A stretch of DNA of 64,000 nt, from positions 60,388,001 through 60,452,000 of the forward strand of contig NC_083283.1 of assembly GCF_963506605.1 (NCBI RefSeq), in the 5' to 3' direction. Each line of letters opens with the position of its first letter. Position 1 is the stretch's first letter. This stretch comes from Zootoca vivipara (lineage: Eukaryota). The position numbers and the translations under genes were made by a program. The notes under the pieces are model-generated. The model was not told where the DNA came from, did no database searches, and saw nothing but the letters and a program-made list of their open reading frames with translations. This document shows positions 22,904 to 36,880 of the stretch, in pieces.

Positions 22904-24155
22904 CCTCCATGTTATCACTGGAAGATGTACACTATACAAGCTTCTAAACTATCTTGTACTTCCAAAATACTGCACTAATGTATTCTCCGACTCCATTGAT
23001 GGTGAAGGTGAGCAGTCACTTCAGCATCTGCCAGCAATTATAGTCAAAACGACTGCTACAAAACTATGGGGGGAGGGAGGGGAGAATAGGGAACGATCTC
23101 TGTTCAGAGTGTTTGGAGAATTTGTTTTATGGGTATACTGTGAATGACTTGTAGACAACCTCATGTCACATGAAACAACATTTATTTATAAAATGGCAAT
23201 ATACAAAAAAAAAAATCTGAGAGGAGAAAAGTTACTCCATATTATCCAGCAAGGGCAACACTGCCTGTTTCTGCAATTATAAATATTGTTTTTAAAGTTA
23301 CTTTATTTAGCATGATCACTCCATTTATCTTTTAGAAAAATAGTTTTTTAATATCTACATCTGTTATTTCACAGTAACTTAGTTTCTGCTTTTAGTCTCA
23401 CTGAAGAAACTATTTTTAAATCTTTGTACTTAAGAACCTAAGATTGCAAAGCTTTAAGCAAATAGTTGTATTTGTTTCATCAAAAATAGGTAACTTGCAA
23501 AATTTACTATAAAGATTTGAGTAAATTTGGCAGCCTGTTGGGCACCTCCTGAGAAGAAAATGCTGAAATACATACATTAAAAAAGTAACTTTGAACATCT
23601 GTGAAACATTTTTCTCTTGCAAGAGTCAGTTGTTTCTCTTGTACTTGTTTCTGTTTATCTGCCTTGTGTTGGGAGAAATGTATTCTCAAACAGTATAATG
23701 TTAATATGGTTTTCTAAAATGCAACTGTGTTAAATTATTCTTTCTTAAAACCGTCTTACCTTCTACCACAAACCCTGTCCCTGGGCATTTTGGACTTTGG
23801 TCAGCTAGTGAATGCTCCAAAATATTGAAAACTAGATGACCATGTTTGGGTGCAATACTAGCTAAAAAGAAAGCTAGAAAAGTCACTTTACTGAGACTTT
23901 CTGAATATACTTTTCATATTGCCTTAATGTAGCAGTAATGTGTGTATGCATTTGTTTCTTTGCACAGACATTTTGTCAAAATATTAAAGCTCTACTTTTT
24001 TATGGCACATTAGCGTATAAACCTTACTCCAAAAGGTATTTATTTTTTCACTTTGTAAAAAGTTTTCTTTCCACATGAAGCAAGAACTCCTATTATGGTA
24101 GACAACTTGTCTTTTTTATATATTCAGGTTAATAAAGGACTTTTTTATATACAGA
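22904..24155 (+). other. MYLIP: MYLIP 3' UTR (end approximate)
   Basis: AU-rich, repeat-free sequence after the stop; ATTAAA at 23983-23988 and AATAAA at 24131-24136 are candidate poly(A) signals. Confidence 0.65.
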
Positions 24156-25498
24156 AGTTTGCAGTACTTCTTCATTCGCATGCCTTATACTAATGTTAAC
24201 TACAAGGAAGATCAAGACACCAGCAGACACATCCTGGTTACCTCCATCCTCGTGCAGCCTCTCACATGGCAGGGGGGGTGGGGAGAGCCGCAGACAGTGG
24301 ACATTTGCTCAAGCAGAAGTTTATTGTGTAAGTGGTTTTATTTCTGATTATTTAATTAGATTTTTACATACATTCAAGTGTGACACAATGACAAAACATA
24401 ACCATACTACTGGCACATAGCTTTTAGGGTTAAACATTGTTTAATTACACTGACACTATGCTTCCTTACATTCATTTTGTCAGTATTTCTCCCGTTTAGA
24501 TATTTCTATAATGGCCTTCACGTGGTCGGGGGTCAGTGTACAGCATATTAACATGTATCTCTACATATTTCTAAAGCCAATGAAAACATCAGTACAAAGT
24601 AAACAGCATAAAAAGAACAAAAGTGTGCATATGATTGCACTTTAAAAGGACAAAATCTGTAGCTATTGTTCAAGCATGGTAGTAAGGTCCTGGAAACTTA
24701 GTTTTTTCCTATCCCCATTTTATGTATTCTCTGCATTCACACCACACTATTGCTTGATGCAGGTGAAGCTTGCATAAAATAAGAAACAGGCTTATGTCTG
24801 CATTTGATGTTAATATGAGGTAACCACATGCATGACTCAATCCAAATGTCATTGCTTTACAGCTCCCTCCCAGCTAATTGCTCTTTGCTCTTGGGCAGTG
24901 GAAAAGCCTAGGAGGATCCAAGTGAAGGTGCTTACAGCCAGTTAACTTCATCTAAGGGTGTAAAATAGAATAAAAGAGGATGGGATGGGCATTAACAACT
25001 AGAGAATTGGATTTTGTAAGCTGCTTTAGGTGAAGCAGCCATAGTGGAGCTAGGCTTTGTGGGTAGATTCTAAATTATAAATTACATAGGCTGTTTTAAT
25101 GGCAAAATGAATCGGTTTTGACAATAATGTTTACCTTAGAAAGTAGCTGGTCTTTCAGCAAATGTTTAAAAATACCCCAATAAAAGTGAATTAATCTTTC
25201 GGATAAAAGGAAACTTAAATGCACCGTGTGCATATTTTCCATACTGATCACAATCTAGTTCATCCCCTTGCCCTACAGTGTGATTCCATCAACTAAGTCA
25301 AAGTAAAGTAGATAAAGTATAAAGGTTAACCTAACTGCAAACTTTATTCAGGAGCTTGGAGTATTTGATAAAGACAGTTTAACCTTTTGTGCAAGTCTTC
25401 CTAAGACACAGACAGAACACGAATATACAACCACAGGACTGGTTACATTTAAAAAAAATTTTTTTTTTTGCATTTTACCCAATTTCAAAGCATGGGAC

Positions 25499-26166
25499 TG
25501 AAGTAAAATTTAAGCTGGTTCCTATGAACCCAGAGAAATGGATCCTGCCCAGGGAGAGCCCAAGGATCCAGGCAAACAGACGAATTTAAGCGCCTCCTGC
25601 CCACCAAATAACAGAGACCAAACCAGGACGTACGAAGCAAGGCACTTTTATTTTCGCTGTTGCAACAGGGTCCTTCCTCTCACGCAGGAGAACAAGGAAG
25701 GCCCCAAACAAAGATGTCTTGCCCTTGAAAAGAAATTTGAAATTGGTTTCAGCCCACCCCCCAGAAGCATCATCCATATGTCACAGAAGGGGTGTAGCCC
25801 AAGACCCCCCCTCCCTAGATTCATCATAGGTACATCATGAAAGGGGAGGTCTGGTGGCAGTAATCTGAGCATCCTGGACCCTGCCCCCTGCCCCCAAAAC
25901 CTAATCAACAAAAAAGAGATATTTACATTTCCCTGTTTCCCAGCCAAGTTAATCACACCCTTTTGTCTGGCACTCAGGTATCAGGATGCCAGGGTTATCA
26001 CTTTAATTCCTGAGACAATGAGAAGGTTCCCCCCACCCCCCTTCTTCCTTGCAGAGGAACACCTAGTCAGAGAGAGAGTCAAAATGGTGTCAGAAAGGCC
26101 TGTCTTCCTGTGCTGCTTCAGACATGTGCCTGTACTGTACATTCATGTACATGTTTTATGAACAAT

Positions 26167-26224
<58 letters not shown>

Positions 26225-26243
26225 CCTCAAAATTCTTATAACA
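25499..26243 (-). mobile_element. Solo LTR (ERV-like)
   Basis: TG...CA termini, 4-bp TSD GGAC, minus-strand AATAAA ~25647-25652, contains a (TA)n tract. Confidence 0.7.
26170..26222. repeat. (TA)n microsatellite
   Basis: Direct reading. Confidence 0.95.
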
Positions 26244-28520
26244 GGACAAATGGTATCAGCAAGAAATTTGGAATAGCGAATCTCCGATCTATTCAGGTTT
26301 CAGAGAAAGTGGATGAGAAATGGCAGGTGTTAGCAGCAGTTTAAATGTTGTGGCTAATAGAATTATATACACTGTTCTATTTGCCAGCCAGTAATAGCTT
26401 TCTGAATTTTGGGAATAATTTCGACCTCCAGTCATAGCACTTGACCAAGTCTTTGGTTAGGTGAAAAATTAACTGTAGTTTTAACTTGTGAAGTTCTACC
26501 AATAGAGGGGAGTCTGTGCATAATCTTTGGTACTAATAAAGCTACACTTGGAAAGAGAATGTGGCAATGTCATGGTGAAACCTACCAAAAATTTAGGAGG
26601 CGTTGCTTGGTTGTTGCAGTGTTACAAAACAGGAAGCGCACGATACTGCATCCACATACACAAGTTAGATATGTTCAAATAGAAATTGGAACTCAGTGCT
26701 AACTTTTGGAAGAATGATACTCAAATGGGGGAAGGGTAAATTCATCCTATCACATACTGACAATACTAGCAATGTTTTTCATAACTTTCTTATTCACAGA
26801 AATCACAATGGTAGCAGCTCTTAGGAGGCAAAGTAACTAAGTGAGGTAAAAGTTTGCTGCACCATCCTGGCAACACATGTAACTCAGTGTGTGGTGGTGG
26901 TGTTTAAAAAGAAAAAAACAACCCACAGGCATTCCATGATAACTAATTTAAGAAAAGACCCATGACTTGGAAATTCAGCCAAGTTCCTAACAGCATGGAA
27001 ATGATAAGTAAAAGCTCCTGCCTGTACTGCTTACATGGCACAGAAGTCCAGAGTCTAAAATACTGCATTCTTGTATAATGTAGGTACCATGCACCTAAGA
27101 CTTTCCCTTGGTCTTTGAGCCCTGGTTGCTTTCCTTTGCGGCTAAGGACAATATTGAAGCTGAGGCGAACACTAGATCAATGTTCAACAAGAGATTTGGT
27201 TATGAATTACGGACTTTTAACTCTGACAACAGAGTTATTTCAAAGCTTATCTTAAGCGATGCAGGATGTTTAACCAAGAGTTAAATGGCAAACCAACGGT
27301 GCAGGCATTATCAGAACATCAGGCTTGCTCCATGCTGGCTGTAAATAGCTCAAACAGATGCATGCTTATAAGTTCAGGACTCTCCATCTCCTTTTTCTTG
27401 GTAACTTGTGAGCTCATGATGATATAGACACTTGTTCTGATTTCCTGCTGCTTCCAGTCTTGAGTCCCTTTTAACCATTTGCATCTCTCAACTTTTCCAA
27501 ATATTGCCTACTGCTGCTAATGTGTGCTTTTCTATCCAACCCCAAAGGAAGTAGTTAGAGAAAGCCAGTGGTCAGGACATAGCTGGTTACCTCCAGCCCA
27601 TGTGGTCAAAAGCTTCAGTGTTGCTTCCTACTTGAAAAGGGAAAAGTACTGGGACAAGAAAGAATGCAAGGAGCATAAATTGCAAGTAAGCATCACATAA
27701 GAGACTGTAGGACTTTGATGATGTTTATATGGTGCATAAATGAAAGTAGCTTTTAACTTAACACCTTGATCATGGAATTTACCCTGTAACTTTGTATAAG
27801 TTATTAAACCCAATATTACAGATAAAATTAGAGCAGATGGTAGAATATATGGATAATGCATGTAGCCATTTTTAGGGGAGAATTTGCTGTTTCCCCAATT
27901 TTCAATAATTCTACAGGAAACCTTACAAATCTTGAATTCTCTATGAAGCAGACAATATTTTGCATTTTCTACATTTTTGTGTCCTATACTTTGTGCTGCG
28001 ACAATTGCTTTGAATTACTGCAGTTGGCAAGTGCTAGTGTTCTGAGGTTAGTACATTGTGGCTTTTGAGCAAATTGCTCCTCTTTCAAGGGGTATTGATC
28101 TAAAAATAGATTCCATTGTCTGCTGAGCAATATTGAGTAGGCATAGCAAAGGTGCATGTAACAATACTGCACCAAGCATTTGGACCGAGAATGGGGAATC
28201 TGTGGCCCTGGACTACAACTCCCATCAACTCTTAGCTGTTGGCCATGTCAGCTGGGGTTTATAGGAGTTAAGAGCCCAATCACATCTGCTGGGCCACAGA
28301 TTCTCCACAGATGTTGTGCAAGTTCAAGCACTACTGTACAAGTCATAAAGAGCCATCTGGGACTGGATAAAAGGGAAGTACAGGAACTGTGGAGTTAGAA
28401 CCAGGCTACAGGAAGCTGACAAGTTTTTGCTGATACAGTATTAAGAGTCACTTGCAGCCATCTATAGATTATGTTACTGAGAGATTAAAACTGTTCCCAA
28501 CAAATTCTTCTTTGCACATA

Positions 28521-28878
28521 AAAGGTAAAGGTACCCCTGACCATTAAGTCCAGTCGCGGATGACTCTGGGGTTGCGGCGCTTAACTTGCTCTATAGGCCG
28601 AGGGAGCCAGCGTCTGTCCGCAGGCAGCTTCCGGGTCATGTGGCCAGCATGACTAAGCCATTTCTGGTGAACCAGAGCAGTGCACGGAAACGCCATTTAC
28701 CTTCCCGCCGGAGCGATACCTATTTATCTACTTGCACTTGGACGTGCTTTCAAAATGCTGAATGGGCAGGAGCTGGGACTGAGCAACAGAAGCTCACCCT
28801 GTCGTGGGGATTCGAACCACCAACCTTCTGATCGGCAAGCCCTAGGCTCTGTGGTTTAGACCACAGCGCCACCCGCGT
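28521..28878 (-). mobile_element. Sauria SINE
   Basis: (ACCTTT)n tail on the - strand, tRNA-like head with B box (ggattcgaacc), TSD TCTTTGCACAT. Confidence 0.92.
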
Positions 28879-30421
28879 CTTTGCACATTATCTATGTTAA
28901 AAATATGTATAATTTAATGCACACTGCCCTGTATTTTCCACTACAGCAGTGTTCTTCAACTTTGGATCCCAGCTGTTGTAAAGTTCATCTCCCCTTATCC
29001 CCAGCCAATTTAGTCAGTGGGCAGGGATGATGGAAGTTACAGTCTTAAAACCCAAGGCTGAAGAACACTGCACTCTGTAGAAACTGAAGTGGAAGGATAT
29101 GGTAATCGTTGCTGTTATGCTCCAGTGCCAATCTCTTTGCATCTAGCACAGAAGCAGGAGGAAGTGATGATGCAGAAGTGACTCATACATCATCTGTCTA
29201 TGCTTTGTCCCTCATGCCAAAGCGGAACTTGTGTTTCTCCATGATGAAGAAGAGATGTAGGGGAGAGTCCAAGTTCTGCATTTCTGCGTAGTGTATGCAA
29301 AATAGTAAGCATAATGCTTATCCTGAGTTGCAGTTAGAAAGCAACTAAACGAAAAATTAAGTATACTAAATTCTTAATTAAAAGCAAATGAAGTTCCCTT
29401 TAGAAATGCATACTTCTCTTACTAGGTTATTGGCTAATTTCCTGATCTGAAACGGCTCTTAATAGCATTTTGTCCACCTAAAACTAGTCGGCGGTACGGA
29501 AGGCAGGTCATTGCTGTTTGAAATTCTTTATTCTAAGTTGATATAGTTCAGCCTTTGTCAGCTCGGTGCTATCCATGTGTTCTCTATGCTGGCTTGGTCT
29601 GATGGCAATTGTATTCCAAACTTTCTGGAGGGCACCAGGTTATTGAAAGCTGTTGTAGTTTAACTTCATGACCCAATGAAGAGTTTGGCAACTAAGTTCA
29701 TAGAAGTCTCTGCTGGCATTTTATTTGCCAATACGTTACCGAACCTTGCCAAGTACTTAATAACTGACACTCAGCATACTTCATTATATTAGCAAGGTGT
29801 AGGCACTTAGGTGTGTGTTTCATGCTTGGGAAATGTTGAGATTGATGTAAGCTGCTTGGTATGCTTGGTATAAGGTCATCAATTGAATGGTTAAGGAGAT
29901 AAGGACAGCAGAAGGAAGTACACACACATGCACACAAACATAAATGATAGAATTTGCTGCTGTAAGATATAGTGATGGCCAGCAACTTAGGTGGGCTAAA
30001 ATGAGACTAGACAAATTCATGCAAGATAAAAACTTTCAACAGCTACCAGTCTTGATGGCTATATGCTACCTCCTAGATCTCTCTTGAATACCAGTTGCTA
30101 GGGAACAACAATGGGAGAGTGCCGCTGTCCTCATGACCTGCTTGTGGGCTTTCTGTAAATACCAGTTTGACTACTGTGAAAGACAGGATGCTGAACTAGA
30201 TAGCCCTGCGGTCTGATGTAGCAGGGCAGCTCTACTAGTTACCATGGAGGAATCTTAGGGGCCTGTTTAGTGTTGCATTAAAAAAAGGAAAGCAATGCAA
30301 AGCACCCTTTTTTCTGAGAGATTTCAATAACCATACCTTTTTGCAGTCCTTTGGAAAACTTGCTCAGCCAGCTGAATGACAGAGTATAATGAATATATTA
30401 GTGGGGGATAAATGCATTCAC

Positions 30422-30511
30422 CATAGCTGCCAAGTTTTCCCTTTTCTCGCGAGGAAGCCTATTCAGCATAAGGGAAAATCCCTTAAAATAAGGGATAACT
30501 TGGCAGCTATG
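30422..30511 (+). mobile_element. 90-bp MITE copy 3
   Basis: Same TIR; perfect 8-bp TSD GCATTCAC. Confidence 0.93.
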
Positions 30512-30596
30512 GCATTCACATGGCTGGCTGCAACCAGAAATACACTTCCAGAATCAATTTGGAAACATGAATGCATTACTGGGATGAGTCCCAGCT

Positions 30597-30856
30597 TCTG
30601 CCAACCTAGCAGTTTGAAAGCAGCTTCTGTCAACCTAGCAGTTTGAAAGCACACCAGTGCAAGTAGATAAATACGTAGGTACCACTGCAGTGGGAAGGTA
30701 AATGGCGTTTCCGTGCGCTCTGGCTTCCATCATGGTGTTCTGTTGCACCAGAAGCGGTTTTGTCATGCTGGCCACATGAGCGCTGCAACCCCATAGTCGC
30801 CTTTGACTGGACTTAACTATCCAGGGGTCCTTGACTTTGACATTTACCTTTACCTT
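30597..30856 (+). mobile_element. Sauria SINE, 5'-truncated and internally deleted
   Basis: aacctagcagtttgaaagcac...caagtagataaa...ccacatga...tttacctttacc. Confidence 0.8.
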
Positions 30857-32110
30857 ATAGCTCCAGAAGCTGGAAAATATAAATAATGGCCCAGAAATTG
30901 TGAACAGTGAAGATATGTGGTTAAAATGCTCAGCATGTTCATTCTGGGTCAGTGGTAAAATTACTTGTGAAAGATGTCCTAAATTGCATTTCCTGTAGCT
31001 CACACTTCATAACTTCTCTTCTGCCCATTGCAACTTGACATACCTCTGTTGCAAAGGCAGCTTCTATGCATGGGCAAACCTGGAGAGCTTGGCCACTTTA
31101 CTCATCATGTTTAGATTTTTCCAGGTCTAGGCAGGTGGATCCTGGTGCAAAAGTGATTCACAGTTATTGGTACAAACGTTCTGTGCTCTTTCCCGTTGCG
31201 GTGGTGGTGCAGAGGTTCACATACTTCTGTGAGAAAACAGGATTATTATTCTCTCCATGTCACAACATTCTGGTCGGGCAGAAGCAGTATAGTCTTAGCT
31301 TTCCCTCAAAAGATGCTAGCTTTCTGTATGGAGGGAGTTAGGGAGGAACATTCAAAATACAACCTACTATCAGTGAAGTGGCAAAGTGCCAGAAGTGTTG
31401 AATCATGTGCTTTTTATTCCTAGAGAAGTTAGACTGGCTCCTTCCTTATTGTCCTGCAGCCAGGTGAAGACTTTCTCATTCCAACAGGCTTTTGGGAACT
31501 AAAGTGCTGGTGCTGTGATGTTTTCATTGTAATGATCTGTATGTTTTAATAGATAGTTTTAATTCTATTAATGCTCAATTGTTTTTAATGAGTCCCCATT
31601 ATGTTTTTGCTGTTTCTATTTTATCGGTAAGCTGCCTTTTAGACCTTGTCAAGGGAAAAGGAGGAAATAAATAAATGAATAAACAAATAAAATATTCTAA
31701 ACATGTAAATTAGTCCCCAATCTGCATTTTTCCAGTAATTACAATTCATATGCAAGCAAACCACACAGGTTTTTTAAAAAAAACCCCAAAACATACGCTA
31801 GGTTCATCCTGAGCCAGTCATATGGCACCATGCATATAATTTTCATACGTTTGGTAAACCTTACTTGGCAAAACCTACTTTATGTGACAGCAAATCAAAT
31901 ATTGTTTTGATATATCCAGGCAATTTACAACTGAAACATTGGCAGGGTAGCTCAGAGAAAGCCCTCTAAAAAAATATATGCAGTTGAAATAATTGAGCAT
32001 TTCAAGTTTATCTGGTTTTCTGGGGGAGGGGTTGTTTAGTTTTTTTAAGAAGAAGTTGTTTGGTACACTATTTTTTCTGTTTGTTATTTTGGAATCAAAT
32101 GACTTGGCTA

Positions 32111-32340
32111 TAAAGTGGTACCTCAGGTTACGAACTTAATTCGTCCCAGAGGTCCGTTCTTAACCTGAAACCATTTTTAACCTGAGGTACCACTTTAGCT
32201 AATGGGGCCTCCCGATGCTGCTGCTGCTGCGCCACCACACGATTTCTGTTCCCATCCTGAGGTAAAGTTCTTAACCCGAGGTACTTTGTAACCTGAAGTG
32301 TTTGTAACCTGAGGTGTTTGTAACCCAAGGTACCACTTTA
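32111..32340. mobile_element. Tc1/mariner-type MITE
   Basis: TIR AGTGGTACCT...AGGTACCACT with TA flanks. Confidence 0.8.
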
Positions 32341-34642
32341 CAGCTGTAAATAAAACGTTTTAAGGGTGTTTTGGGTGCAATATACAATGTAACTACATGG
32401 TGATGTGAGCCTTATGGAAAATAATGCATTTTTAAAAAAACGCTTTTAAAAAAAAGCATTTTCAGAACACTTTTTATATGTGTATAGATTGCACCATACA
32501 GTCATTTTCCCTCTTTCAGAAGTGGAACATCTGGTCGCATGGCAAGCAAGTTGCGTAATGTTGCTAAAAGCAAAGAAGTATTCACAGGAACAAAAAAGTA
32601 TTATTAGCCATGCCCACACTTAGATTAATTGTTAAGCAGTTCTTATCTATGATACAACTCTAGAACTGACAATTATTGTCCTTGATACCACCTACAGAAG
32701 GGTGGGTGTGTTTATCTCTTATATAGTCCATGAAGCTTTGATCATTTTGTGATCTAAAAACAGCCTTTAAAAAGTCTTTTACCACATGGGTTCAGTCCTT
32801 CTTCGTGAATCCTTGAAATATTATAATTTGGAACCCTGCTCATGCTTTGGTTTTGAAAGCCTAAAACAATGGAACAATCTTTGTCCAATTGAAAATGGAA
32901 GGAAATATTAGATATCTGTGGAGATCTCTTCAGTGGGATTTTAGCTAAGGTTTGGTAGTCAGGGAACTTGTTCCACTGCCATCTGGGCCCAGGTTAGGCA
33001 ATCCTTGTCCCGCCATGTCACCAGAAATGCTTACCAGATTTTGCTCTGCGGAATATTGGATTCCTCTAAGTTAGAGATAGCAAACCTGGCGCCCGTCAGA
33101 CTCCAACTCCTTTAATCCCTGACCACCCGCCATGCTGGGTGGAGCTGATGGGATTTGGAGTCCAATAACAACTGGAAGACATAATGTTGCCTACCTCTTC
33201 TCTAAACCTTGACTTCTTTGTTCCCTTGGACTTCAGTTTTATCTTTACATGCCTGCTCAGTTTATTTATTTTATTGTTTACAGGTACATTCCTCCTGCCA
33301 GTAACTCATGTGTTCTATTCAAACTCTGCTTCACAGAACTGCAATAAGACCTTTAGAGGCCCTAAGCACTGAAAAGATTATGGTGCCCCCCCCATAATAA
33401 ATAATAAATAACAAAAAGAAAGGAGTGTATTATAGATTGTAAGAAAGCCTAACAAAGTTCTGATTTTAACATGATAGCTACTTTGATGCTTAAAGAAAAA
33501 TAATAATCAAATGTTAAATTCTTTAAACATACCCCCCCCCAAAAAAAAGTTCCCCTGCTTTGCTGGTGCCCTAAACACATGCTTAATTTGCCTATTGAAT
33601 AATCCAGCAATGCTGTTTGGAATCTGCTCTGGCTGCTGTACTGTCTAAATTACAGGCTCCAATTCCTTCTCAACATACAGATATGTAAAAAGAACACAAA
33701 CACTGCAAAAGCGGCTGCTTTGAAAATTGGAGAGCGAAATACTACCCTGTCTGTCTGTCTATCTAGGCTGAATTCAGTAAAAACAGGGAAGTTTCCAAAA
33801 AGCAGTGTCTGTCTATTTTGTTCTTAGCTTGTTTTAATTTATGCCTCTTTGTACATGTAGGAGTTTTCTGTTCAGTCTCTGAAGGGAAGAAGCACAAGTT
33901 TTACATTCTGCCTTGTGTCGTGTGGAACATTAACGTAAGTGTTTGCATTTTAATGAGGTGTTATGAGGGATGGAATTATAATGGCGTCAAGTTAATTATC
34001 TTTGTTTTTCACCAGGAGGGAAAGTGGGGTGTTGTTGTTTTACTATAAAAAGTGATTTCATGTAAATGGTTTTGAGATGACTGTATTTTTTAAATGGTGT
34101 TGTGCGTTTCAGTATGAGTAGGAAAATGAGAGTACCCCTAGACATTTTTTTTTTTAAAAAAAGCTCTGCATATTCATATTCCATCGAAATTAAGGATCCC
34201 AGAACACTGGTCAGTTAAACACCAGCTGAGATCAAAAGAACTTCTTAAGTCACCATGGAACTTAATATTATAGGGTGCTGTTAAAATTATAGGGCAGGCT
34301 GGTATTTCCATTATGTGGGTAACTTCTTGCAGGTTTTACTGATTTGTTTTATATTTTGTATATCTGTTGTAAGTTGCCTTGAGTCTTCTTTTTTTTTAAA
34401 AAAAAAAAAAGCTCCTAACAATTGATGGTGGTGGTGATCACTGTTATTTTTCTAGAATAAGAGGTGCTGGAAGTCACCATAAACACTTCCCTTGTTCTCT
34501 TATAATGGCAATGGAGCCCACCTGAAAAGTGCCAGAACTGAGTTCTGGCTGGAAAAAAAGCCCTGATGATGATATGACATGTGGAGCATAGAAGAACAAT
34601 TTTATCCTACTATGCAAATAGGCCCTTTAGTATACAGCAGGG

Positions 34643-34788
34643 CAGTGCTTTTTTTTCCTAAAAAAAAAAGTTTAGGAGGTACTTTCATTTTCCTACAGTA
34701 CTCGTATTGAAATACTGCCCCTCGATGAGGCCAAACTTAGATTCACAAAATGTTTAGGGGTATGCATTCCCCCAGAAAAAAAGCACAG
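34643..34788. mobile_element. Short MITE of the CAGTGCTTTTT family
   Basis: Inverted ends; shares aatgtttaggggta with 46515-46998 and ~60230-60465. Confidence 0.65.
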
Positions 34789-35054
34789 TAGCAGAGTTGT
34801 GGTTGTTGTTTTTGCTCCACTTTCATCTCTAGACAAAGCTAGTGTCACATGACCTTCCACCTCAAGTCATATGATGGTGAATGGACTGGTACTTACAAGA
34901 GGCGGCACTCTAGTTTCTAGCAAATGTCATCACCGCCTCCACCCCAGGCACAAATTAATATTTCAGCTTAGCACTGCACTACTTAAGAGCTCAGTCACCT
35001 TATGGAGAGAGAGTGGCTTGACTTCTGAACAAAACCATAAAGGAATTGTCAGTA

Positions 35055-35614
35055 CAGGGCTGGCTCGGGACATTTGGCCTCTAGAGGCAAATCAGAAAAT
35101 GGCCCCCTCCTCAACTGCGCACCCACTGCCACGCACATTCCCACCACAATAGGTGCACAGTGGAGGAGGCAGGGGCATAGCGTGGGGAGGGCTGTGGCCC
35201 CGGGTGCAGATTTTTTGAAAGGGCACGAGGGGGAGCAACCAGGAGCCCCCACGGCAAGCTCCCTCACTTGTCAAGCCGTGCCTAGGCCGAGCCTTCATGA
35301 CTGGGGCAGCGGCAGTGCCTCCATCCCCTCGTGTGCCCCACCCTTGGGCTGGCAGAGAGGAAGGGAGGTGGAAGGTGCCGCTGTCACCCACTGAAGAGAG
35401 GCAAGAGGTTCTGGCAGTCACCACCTCCTTTGTGAACAGGACACCACAGCCCTCAGATCTGTCCTCATTGCAAGCCATCTTTCTCCCCTTGCCTCCCTCA
35501 CCAGCGGCTCAGACTGCTGCAGAGGCTGGATATGTAGCCCCCCCAGCTGTCCGGAGCCTGCCACCCTGAGACCACTGCCTCGCCTTGCCTCGTCTCATTG
35601 GCAGGCCAGCCCTG
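35055..35614. mobile_element. GC-rich hAT-type non-autonomous element
   Basis: TIR CAGGGCTGGC; TSD TGTCAGTA/TTTCAGTA. Confidence 0.75.
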
Positions 35615-36522
35615 TTTCAGTAGATATATTGGAGACAGATGAACACTGAGGCAGTATGCTGGGAATTTTGTGTGTACACAGAAGGAAACAAAAAGGCTGG
35701 AGTACTTCTTTCATGTTTCCTGAATTTCCCAGTGCTTTGCATAATACCGGTCTCTCAAGAGGGACCAAACTCTTCAGAAGAGTGCAAAGCATACTGGCAG
35801 GGATCATTTGCCTGATCTCTGCCAAAAAATGGAAAATGCGGTTTCAGAATAACAAACCCTGTTTCATGAATAAGCCTAAGATAAGATGGAGATAGTAACA
35901 TTGCAACAATACAACAGTATTTTAATTGTTAGATGCAGCTATTGCTGAGTGCTTTTATTGTACCGAACATTTGGGAATTTTGTCTATATGCCAATGAAGG
36001 TTTAGTTTTAATTTGTACCCTTCTATGGCTATCAACTGGGCTATAACAATAGCAGAAACTTATTTCTGATGTTCAGCAGGAGGACAAGAAATGGAACACA
36101 GTTTTATTCTGCTTTTGCTAGTTATGGTAGCGGGGCAAGGAAGCTGGCTACCTCATCAAGTGGTACTTTGTGTTTTAAAAACTTTGTATTTTCAAATATT
36201 TTTCCTTCACTGGCATTATACATTGGGGTACACAACATAACCAATAGAAAAATAATAGCGCTAAACGACGAGTTGGCATTCATGAGGATGCCTTTGGCAT
36301 TTATACTGCAACAGAAAAAGTTCTGTAAAGGGACTGTAATTCAAAAGGACTGAGCAGAAAATAGATTTGTTTACGGTTGATGTGTTGTTTGTTGTAGATG
36401 ACCTTACAACTTCCGTCCCCAACTTTATTTATTTATAAATTTTGCTATCTCTTAGGACATGCCATATCTTCTAAGAGAAAAAAAAATCTCCAATCCATCT
36501 TCCAGCCTTGCAACTTCAAATG

Positions 36523-36612
36523 CATAGCTGCCAAGTTATCCCTTTTTTAAAGGGATTTTCCCTTATGCTGAATAGGCTTCCTCGCGAGAAAAGGGAAAAC
36601 TTGGCAGCTATG
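36523..36612 (-). mobile_element. 90-bp MITE copy 4
   Basis: Identical to copy 2; 6-bp flanking duplication CAAATG. Confidence 0.92.
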
Positions 36613-36749
36613 CAAATGGTATCCAGCATTTCCAACATATTTAAAGATTAATGTGCCAGCTCAATAGGGATTGTGGACAATGCAGAATCCATTAATTATT
36701 TATTAACAGATTAACTAGGCCTAGACAGGTTTACACCACTTCCTATGAC

Positions 36750-36880
36750 AGTTGGTACAGCATGAGACTACCACAATCTCAGGGTTGTGGGTTCAAGTCC
36801 CACATTGGGCAAAGTATTCCTGCATTGCAGGGGGTTGGACGATATTATCCTCGTGGTCACTTCCAACTCCACAAATTCCA
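36750..36880 (+). mobile_element. tRNA-head/CR1-tail SINE
   Basis: A/B-box-like head (gttggtacagc...gggttcaagtcc) and CR1-like tail (gggggttggac...cttccaactc); related - strand copy at ~54810-54945. Confidence 0.6.

Noticed and set aside
28790-28878. tRNA-like A/B boxes
   Set aside because: Heads of Sauria and other SINEs, not tRNA genes
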